This document shows, piece by piece, positions 25,621 to 32,000 of a stretch of DNA of 32,000 nt. The DNA is from Cyanobacterium sp. DS4. GTDB lineage: Bacteria > Cyanobacteriota > Cyanobacteriia > Cyanobacteriales > Cyanobacteriaceae. The DNA is taken from NCBI RefSeq assembly GCF_036345015.1, contig NZ_CP084098.1, positions 849,326 through 881,325 of the forward strand. The letters run 5' to 3'. Made by a program: the position numbers and the translations under genes. The notes beneath the pieces are model-generated. The model made no database searches. It saw only the letters and a list, made by a program, of their open reading frames with translations, and was not told the origin of the DNA. Each line of letters starts with the position of its first letter. Position 1 is the stretch's first letter.

Positions 25621-25910
25621 TATTCTGATAAAAATATGTTTAATTTTATGAATTTACTTTAATTATTTTATAAATTTGAGTATATTTTGCTAGAAAAAAA
25701 AGCATTAGTTAAGTATTTTCTCGTAAAAAAAAGGATTGAGTAAATAGTTTTTCATAACAAGAAATACAGAAGATCATAAACACCTATCTTGAAAGAATAT
25801 ATGTCATAATTGAGGGTGAGAAGTTCCAAAAGACCCATTAATTATAATTATATATAGTTATTGTATGTGAGCTTTGGTTTTGAGTTTATCTTGGTAATAA
25901 TGATGTTACT

Positions 25911-28900
25911 ATGTCTTCTTTTTCTTTTTCCCTAGGGTATCAACTACCATATTTTCCCGTTGCTTTTATCTCCGCAGATGAATCTTTTTCTAGTGTACTT
26001 TCTTTAAGTGAAGGACATCCTCATAATAGTATTTTTTTTGTTGTTCAGAAGCAGGGAGAAAAATCCTCTTCTTGGCATAATTCTTTGGGAATTTTAGTTG
26101 GTAAAAATTTATGTAAATATCATCAAAATTCAGAAAAAAAGAATTGTTTAAAAGTAGAAAATCTCAATTTATTGCCTATTGTCTCTGTTAAAAAGTCAGA
26201 ATTAGCAAATCTTTTCATTGTTCTTTATAAATTTATTTCTTCGGGAAGTGATTATTTAGCAATTATTAATAATAATAACGACATTGTCGGAGTTTTAGTT
26301 CGTCAAGATTTTCAAGACTATATTGAGAAACATACAAAGCTAAATTATCAGGAAATGGAGAGGTTAATTAGTCAATTAAATCTCACTATTGCTGAAGATA
26401 TTAGTGAGAAAAAAGAAGATAATAAACAGAAAAAAATATTTATTAATAACAGTAAAAATAATCAAATTACAAAGCAAAATAGTTCAGATACTATTTACCA
26501 TCTTTATAAAATTATTAGTGAACATAGAGAACAAGAAAGATACTGGCATAAATTAATCGAAGGTGCGGCGGCTATATCAGGTAAAGATTTTATTTATAAA
26601 ATAGCAGAATATATAAGCATTAATTTTGATGTTGACTATGTATTTATTACAGAAAAAAAAGAGCAATATCTTGAAACTTTAGTATTTTTGGTTAACGGTA
26701 AAATTCAAAATAACTTTTGTTTTCCTTGTACAAATTTTCCTTGTGGAAAAGCAGTTCAAGAGGGAATATTTACTTGCCAAAATAATTTGAGAAGCATTTT
26801 TCATGATAATGAATTCCTCAACAACTTAGAAATGGAAGGATTTGCAGGTGTTCAGCTAATTAACGGTAGTAATGAGGTAATTGGTGGGTTGTCGGTGGGT
26901 AGCAAGTCATTTATTCCTAAAATTAAATTAGAGATGATTGCTAACATTTTACAAGTGTTTGCCGCCCGTATTAGCTCTGAGTTAGAAAGAGAAAAAGCGG
27001 TAATAGAATTAACAAATCTGCAACAACAATTAAAAAATGAAATTATTACAAAAACTACTCAATTAGAAATTAAAGAACAAAAATACCGCACTTTAATTGA
27101 GAATTTTCCCGGAATAGTTTATAGCTGTCTCAATGACAATTTTTGGACGATGGAATTTATCAGTGGTGAAATATTGAATATCACTGGTTATTATCCCGAA
27201 GAAGTAACCGATAATAAATTGATTACTTATGCTGATTTAATTCACCCAGATGATCGAGATACTGTCAATGAATTAATACAAAAAAGTTTGCAAAGAAGAG
27301 ATATTTTCACGGTAGAATATCGCTTACAGCATCGTGATGGTAGTATTCGTTGGGTTTATGAAAAAGGTCAGGGTGTTTATGATTTTCAAGGGAATTTGAT
27401 CCATTTATGCGGTGCAATCATTGATGTGAGCGATCGCAAATTGGCAGAAGAGGCATTGAAACAAAGCGAAAAAGACCTATTCAATGCAAAAGAAATGTTA
27501 GAGTTGGTTTTAAATACCATTCCTCAAAGAGTTTTTTGGAAAAACACCCAATCAGTGCTTCTCGGATGTAATCAGGCTTTTGCTGATGATTTTGATTCAA
27601 CTATTTCAGAGTTACAAGGAAAACATACTAATGAAATTTGTTTTAAGTCAGAAGATGCTTATAAATATCAACAATGTGACTGTGAAGTAATTAGTAACGA
27701 TAAACCAATATATAAACTTCAGGATATTTGTCACCGAAAAGATGGGTCTATTATGTACATTGAAAGCAGTAAGTTTCCCCTGAAAAATAACGAAGGCGAA
27801 ATTATCGGCATTTTGGGTACTTATCAAGATATAACTAAAAGGAAAGAATATGAAGCAAAACTAGCGCAGGAAAATAGCTTTAACCGACAAATACTGGAAA
27901 ACATGGCAGAAGGGTTGTGTGTTTGTTCTGAAATATCTGATTTTCCTTACATCCGTTTTAGTGTCTGGAATCATAAGATGGAGGAAATTACAGGTTACAC
28001 CCTTGAGCAAATCAATCAAAAAGGTTGGTATCAAAGTCTTTATCCTGACCCTAATTTGCGAGAAAAAGCCATTGAAAGAATGAACAGAATGCGTCAAGGG
28101 GAACATATTTATAAAGAAGTATGGCGTATTATTCGGGCAGATGGTCAACCTCGCTTAATTCAAATTAGCACCTGTTTTATAGAAAAAATGGATGGTAGCA
28201 CCCATATTCTCGCCTTAATGCAGGATGTAACAGAACAAAAACGAGCAGAAAAAGCCTTAAAACAAAGTGAGAATCGTTATCGTAAGATTGTAGAAACAGC
28301 TAATGAAGGTATTTGGGTTCTTAATCAAAAGGGTATAACTACTTTTGTAAATCGAACTTTAGCGGATATGTTGGGTTACTCTGTGGAGAATATTCGGGGT
28401 AAATCTTTTTTGAGTTTTATGGAGGATTCAGAGAAGGTTTTTGCTCAACAATTATTTGAAAAACGCATACAAGGAGTCTCAGAACAACATGACTTTAAAT
28501 TTGTCAGAGCAGATGGTTCACCTCTATGGGCGATCGTATCTACTAGCCCTATTTTTAGTGATGAAGGTGAATTTATGGGGGCTTTAGGTATGATAACCGA
28601 TATTAGCGATCGCAAATTTATTGAAAGTCATATCAGCGAATTATCAAAAAGATTACAATTAGCAGTGGAATCGGCTGAAATTGGTATTTGGGAACTAGAT
28701 TTAAAAACCCAAAAACTAACTTGGGATGAACAGATGTATAGACTTTATAATGTACCCATTGGCACACCCTGCCGTTATGAAACTTGGTCTAATGCCTTAC
28801 ATCCAGAAGATTTTGAAGATACCGTCAACTTATTTGAAAGAGCGTGTTTAGGTTTAGCAGAATATGATACTGTTTTCCGAATTATAAACTCCAGTGGCAC

Positions 28901-30329
28901 AACAGTATATATTAAAGCAAATGGAATACTTGAGAAAGATCAAGAGGGTAACCCCTTAAAAATAATTGGGGTAAATTACGACATAACCGCACAAAAAGAA
29001 GCCGAAAAAATCCTCAGAGAGAGTAACGAAAACTTAGAAAAAATTAACATTGAACTAGAAAAAACCACTCGCATGAAAGATGAATTTTTAGCGAGTATGA
29101 GCCATGAATTACGAACTCCCTTAAATAGTATTTTAGGTCTATCTGAAGCCTTACAAGAACAAGTATTTGGCAGTTTAAATCAAAAACAATTAGACTCCCT
29201 CAATAATATTCATCGTAGTGGCAAACATTTACTAGATTTAATTAACGATATTCTCGATTTAGCAAAAATAGAATCAGGCAAAACAGAATTTAATTTTAGT
29301 TTAGTTGATGTAGTTAGTTTGTCCTTAGATAGCTTCAATTTTATTCGATATTTAGCAGAGAAAAAAAATATTACCCTCACCTTCACCAATGAAATTCCCC
29401 CCACTCACAAACTTTGTCAAATAGATGAAAGACGTATTCGACAAGCCTTAATCAACCTACTCAATAACGGTATTAAATTTACACCTGAAGGGGGAAAAAT
29501 AGAATTAAAAATCAATTTAGTTACCCAACTTAGCTTAACATCCGAAAAATCAGAAACCGATGAAACTTTTATTCATTTCTCTGTTACTGATACAGGTATT
29601 GGTATTGCAGAAGAAAATATAAGCAAATTATTTCAAACTTTTGTACAAATAGATAGTAGTCTTAATCGTCAATATGCTGGTACTGGTTTAGGTTTAGCAT
29701 TAGTCAAACGTATTGTTGATGCTCACGGTGGTTTCGTTGGTGTAGAAAGTGAAATTAATCAGGGTAGTTGTTTTTCCTTTTATATTCCCTATTCCAAAGA
29801 GATAAAACAAGAATATCATTCCGCTTTTTGGCATCCTCAAAATCCCCACAGAGTTAATTTATTTACCAAGAAAAAGATTAAGGGAAATGATGATTATTTA
29901 TTCGACAGTATGGGCTTAGAATCTAATTCCGATAATTCTGAACAAAAAATAGGCGTTAAAAATGTTAAAAATTTAATTTTGTTAGTAGATGATGACGAGG
30001 AAAATATTTATGCCGTTTCTGATTATCTGCAAATAAAAGGTTTTTCTTTAGAAGTTGCCAAAAATGGCAAGGATGCTTTAAATAAGTTAGAAGATATTAA
30101 TCCCTGTATAATTTTAATGGACATTCAAATGCCCGAACTTGATGGTTTTGAAACAATTAGGTTAATTAAAGAAAATCCCCGTTGGCAAAATATTCCCATT
30201 GTTGCCGTAACCGCCTTGGCTATGACAGGGGATAAAGAAAAATGTATAAATGCTGGTGCAGACGATTATCTATCTAAGCCTTTTCGCTTAAAAGATTTAA
30301 TTGAAAAAATTAACAAAGTCTTATCTTAA
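25911..30329 (+). CDS. multi-sensor hybrid histidine kinase (N-terminal domain, GAF, 5x PAS/PAC, HisKA, HATPase_c, REC)
   Basis: 1472 aa. Five PAC-end junctions are visible: 'DVSDRK', 'DITKRK', 'DVTEQK', 'DISDRK' and 'DITAQK'. The H-box is 'SHELRTPLN' (His1065, 29103-29105). The N box is 'NLLNNGIKFTPEGG', G1 is 'DTGIGI' and G2 is 'GTGLGLALV'. The C-terminal receiver has 'ILMDIQMPELDG' (Asp1404, 30120-30122). Confidence 0.9.
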   Translation: MSSFSFSLGYQLPYFPVAFISADESFSSVLSLSEGHPHNSIFFVVQKQGEKSSSWHNSLGILVGKNLCKYHQNSEKKNCLKVENLNLLPIVSVKKSELANLFIVLYKFISSGSDYLAIINNNNDIVGVLVRQDFQDYIEKHTKLNYQEMERLISQLNLTIAEDISEKKEDNKQKKIFINNSKNNQITKQNSSDTIYHLYKIISEHREQERYWHKLIEGAAAISGKDFIYKIAEYISINFDVDYVFITEKKEQYLETLVFLVNGKIQNNFCFPCTNFPCGKAVQEGIFTCQNNLRSIFHDNEFLNNLEMEGFAGVQLINGSNEVIGGLSVGSKSFIPKIKLEMIANILQVFAARISSELEREKAVIELTNLQQQLKNEIITKTTQLEIKEQKYRTLIENFPGIVYSCLNDNFWTMEFISGEILNITGYYPEEVTDNKLITYADLIHPDDRDTVNELIQKSLQRRDIFTVEYRLQHRDGSIRWVYEKGQGVYDFQGNLIHLCGAIIDVSDRKLAEEALKQSEKDLFNAKEMLELVLNTIPQRVFWKNTQSVLLGCNQAFADDFDSTISELQGKHTNEICFKSEDAYKYQQCDCEVISNDKPIYKLQDICHRKDGSIMYIESSKFPLKNNEGEIIGILGTYQDITKRKEYEAKLAQENSFNRQILENMAEGLCVCSEISDFPYIRFSVWNHKMEEITGYTLEQINQKGWYQSLYPDPNLREKAIERMNRMRQGEHIYKEVWRIIRADGQPRLIQISTCFIEKMDGSTHILALMQDVTEQKRAEKALKQSENRYRKIVETANEGIWVLNQKGITTFVNRTLADMLGYSVENIRGKSFLSFMEDSEKVFAQQLFEKRIQGVSEQHDFKFVRADGSPLWAIVSTSPIFSDEGEFMGALGMITDISDRKFIESHISELSKRLQLAVESAEIGIWELDLKTQKLTWDEQMYRLYNVPIGTPCRYETWSNALHPEDFEDTVNLFERACLGLAEYDTVFRIINSSGTTVYIKANGILEKDQEGNPLKIIGVNYDITAQKEAEKILRESNENLEKINIELEKTTRMKDEFLASMSHELRTPLNSILGLSEALQEQVFGSLNQKQLDSLNNIHRSGKHLLDLINDILDLAKIESGKTEFNFSLVDVVSLSLDSFNFIRYLAEKKNITLTFTNEIPPTHKLCQIDERRIRQALINLLNNGIKFTPEGGKIELKINLVTQLSLTSEKSETDETFIHFSVTDTGIGIAEENISKLFQTFVQIDSSLNRQYAGTGLGLALVKRIVDAHGGFVGVESEINQGSCFSFYIPYSKEIKQEYHSAFWHPQNPHRVNLFTKKKIKGNDDYLFDSMGLESNSDNSEQKIGVKNVKNLILLVDDDEENIYAVSDYLQIKGFSLEVAKNGKDALNKLEDINPCIILMDIQMPELDGFETIRLIKENPRWQNIPIVAVTALAMTGDKEKCINAGADDYLSKPFRLKDLIEKINKVLS

Positions 30330-30398
30330 AATTTAATTCAAGAAAGATTTATGGAAGAGAAAAACTATTTTAATTCTTAATAAGAAGTAAAAAAAATT

Positions 30399-31472
30399 AT
30401 GCCGAAAAAACAAGTTATTTTAATTGTGGATGATGACCCTAATAATTTTGATGTTATTGAGGGTTTATTGTATAAATATGATTATAAATTATTTTATACC
30501 TCTAGTGGAAAGAGTGCTTTAGCTCAAATTGACAGTATCAAACCAGATTTAATTTTATTGGATGTGATGATGCCAGAAATGAATGGCATGGAAGTGTGTC
30601 AAATTGTCAAAGGAAAAAAAGAATGGCAATGTATTCCCATTATTATGGTAACGGCTTTAAACGATAAAAATGATTTAGCTCAATGTTTGGAAATGGGAGC
30701 GGATGATTTTATCAGCAAACCAGTAAATGGTATTGAATTAGCGGCGAGAGTTCAATCTATGTTAAGAATCAAAAGCCAATATGATTCATTACAAGAAATG
30801 CTGAAGTTAAGGGAAGAAATGACTAGCATAATCGTTCATGATTTACGAAATCCTTTAGCAAATATTATTCTTTGTGCAGGGATATTAAAAATGCCCAATT
30901 TATCTCAAGAAATTTATGGACAAAAATTAGAAGAAATTAATAATTCTGGTGATGTTTTAAACAATCAAATTGACACTCTTTTACAAATGGCAAAAATTCA
31001 GTCGGGAAAACTGGTTTTAGCTTATAAAGAGACGAATCTCAATGATTTATTAAATAGTGAATTAAATAGTTTTCGGAATATTGCTCAATCTCGTAATATT
31101 GATTTAGTTTTAAATATTCCTGATACGGTGAAAAGTTTTTCTTTAGATTCTCAGTTAATCCGTCGTGTTTTACAGAATTTACTATCTAATGCTATTAAGT
31201 TTTCTCCTGAAAATAGTAAGGTAATTTGTGCATTAAATTATTATGATAATGATAGTTTTGAGATTAAAATTATTGATTCTGGGAAAACCATTTCTGACCA
31301 ACAAAAAGAGTTAATTTTTGAGAAATATCAAATTGGAGAACCTGTCAAGGGAGCAAAACAAATCGGTTTAGGTTTATCTTTTTGTAAAATGGCGATCGAA
31401 GCTCATAATGGAACTATTAGAGTGGAAAATAATCCCGAAGGAAAGGGAAATGTATTTGTTATCAAAATTTGA
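30399..31472 (+). CDS. REC-HisKA-HATPase_c hybrid histidine kinase
   Basis: 357 aa. The receiver has 'ILLDVMMPEMNG' (Asp55, 30561-30563). The H-box is 'VHDLRNPLA' (His147, 30837-30839). It also has 'NLLSNAIKFSPENS' and 'GLGLSFCK'. It lies 69 nt downstream of the large kinase. Confidence 0.9.
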   Translation: MPKKQVILIVDDDPNNFDVIEGLLYKYDYKLFYTSSGKSALAQIDSIKPDLILLDVMMPEMNGMEVCQIVKGKKEWQCIPIIMVTALNDKNDLAQCLEMGADDFISKPVNGIELAARVQSMLRIKSQYDSLQEMLKLREEMTSIIVHDLRNPLANIILCAGILKMPNLSQEIYGQKLEEINNSGDVLNNQIDTLLQMAKIQSGKLVLAYKETNLNDLLNSELNSFRNIAQSRNIDLVLNIPDTVKSFSLDSQLIRRVLQNLLSNAIKFSPENSKVICALNYYDNDSFEIKIIDSGKTISDQQKELIFEKYQIGEPVKGAKQIGLGLSFCKMAIEAHNGTIRVENNPEGKGNVFVIKI

Positions 31473-31473
31473 A

Positions 31474-31550
31474 GTGGAAAGGGCAAGGGGCAAAGGTAAA
31501 CAGTGTCGGGGTAAATAATAACTCCTAATCCCTAACCCCGAACTCAGATT
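31474..31550. repeat. heptanucleotide-periodic array filling the convergent kinase/hoxH spacer (locus F)
   Basis: gtggaaa gggcaag gggcaaa ggtaaac agtgtcg gggtaaa taataac tcctaat ccctaac cccgaac tcagatt. It contains an imperfect hairpin CGGGGT...ACCCCG (31507-31540). Confidence 0.75.
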
Positions 31551-32000
31551 AATCTCTTTGACAGGTATTGATAACTTCTCCCTTGGAAGACACTAATTCG
31601 ATTTGTAAGGGCATTTGTCCGATGGCATGGGTGGAACAACTCAAACAGGGGTCAAAACAGCGTATTCCTGCTTCTACACGGTTGAGCATTTCTTCTGGTA
31701 TATCATGACCATGAATGTAATGTTTGGCTATCTGGGTGACGGTTTTATTCATGGCTAAATTATTTTGCCCTGTGGCAATAATCAGGTTAACCTTTTTGAT
31801 TAAGCCGTTTTCGTCCACTTGATAATGATGGAATAGTGTACCACGAGGGGCTTCACTCACCCCAATACCTTCTAAAAAGTTAATTCCTGCTTGCGATCGC
31901 ACTCTGGGGGATAATAAGTCAGGATCATCCATAAGTATTTCAATCTGTTCTAAACAAGCAACAATTTCTAACAAACGGGCATAATGATAGAAGAAAGAGG
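31549..32000 (-). CDS. hoxH: [NiFe] bidirectional hydrogenase large subunit, C-terminal part (5' end beyond window)
   Basis: It has the C-terminal Ni-binding motif 'DPCLSCSTHA' followed by a 24-aa extension (the maturation-protease substrate), and 'EAPRGTLFHHY'. The frame stays open to the window edge (...FFYHYARLLEIVACLEQ), so the TTG at 31974 is not the start. Confidence 0.9.
   Translation of the reverse strand, partial: SFFYHYARLLEIVACLEQIEILMDDPDLLSPRVRSQAGINFLEGIGVSEAPRGTLFHHYQVDENGLIKKVNLIIATGQNNLAMNKTVTQIAKHYIHGHDIPEEMLNRVEAGIRCFDPCLSCSTHAIGQMPLQIELVSSKGEVINTCQRD

Noticed and set aside
22299-29404. Track ORFs 22299..22559(-), 24637..24879(-), 24711..24992(-), 27861..28148(-) and 29210..29404(-)
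   Set aside because: All are nested antisense to strongly supported plus-strand genes (methyltransferase, M23 peptidase low-complexity linker, hybrid kinase). No motifs.
1701-31550. Whether the tandem short repeats are CRISPR arrays
   Set aside because: The units are 7 nt and contiguous with no unique spacers. There are no 25-40 nt direct repeats and no cas genes. This is not CRISPR.

Overview
AT-rich cyanobacterial chromosomal segment. Diagnostics are petB-petD, ndhO, hoxH, ycf46, glgA and 14 perfect copies of the HIP1 octamer GCGATCGC. All motif coordinates were counted by hand; no searches were run. Most of the window is conserved housekeeping: glgA, nadB, a RidA-family gene, two SAM methyltransferases, an ArnT/GT39-like membrane glycosyltransferase, ndhO, a cytosine-deaminase-like amidohydrolase, pgi, the RHH-like/Ycf46 AAA+/DUF1257 operon, queE, rpsU (missing from the ORF track), petBD, an M23 peptidase, two adjacent hybrid histidine kinases and the 3' part of hoxH. 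At about 14.3-19.3 kb lies a low-GC stretch with no CGATCG/HIP1 sites, read entirely on the minus strand with 0-14 nt gene spacings. It holds an m5C methyltransferase whose stop overlaps (ATGA) the start of an unassignable 265-aa ORF, which is a candidate restriction endonuclease. Next come a DUF2281-type antitoxin, a PIN/VapC toxin gene killed by two in-frame stop codons, a second methyltransferase that looks M.HhaI-like through its target-recognition domain (predicted GCGC, no adjacent nuclease) and a small cupin. A divergent SNase-like lipoprotein with substituted catalytic residues sits beside it. This composite R-M/TA string, and especially the 265-aa ORF, is my best candidate for something undescribed. 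The second theme is a modular family of intergenic arrays with strict 7-nt periodicity (units GGGCAAG, CAGGTTN, GAGTTNG/AACTCCG, CCCCAAN) at eight or more 3'-end or convergent spacers. It includes a textbook five-tract G-quadruplex motif upstream of pgi and a 20-nt core shared exactly between two loci. I found no rRNA, tRNA, CRISPR, transposase or integrase.
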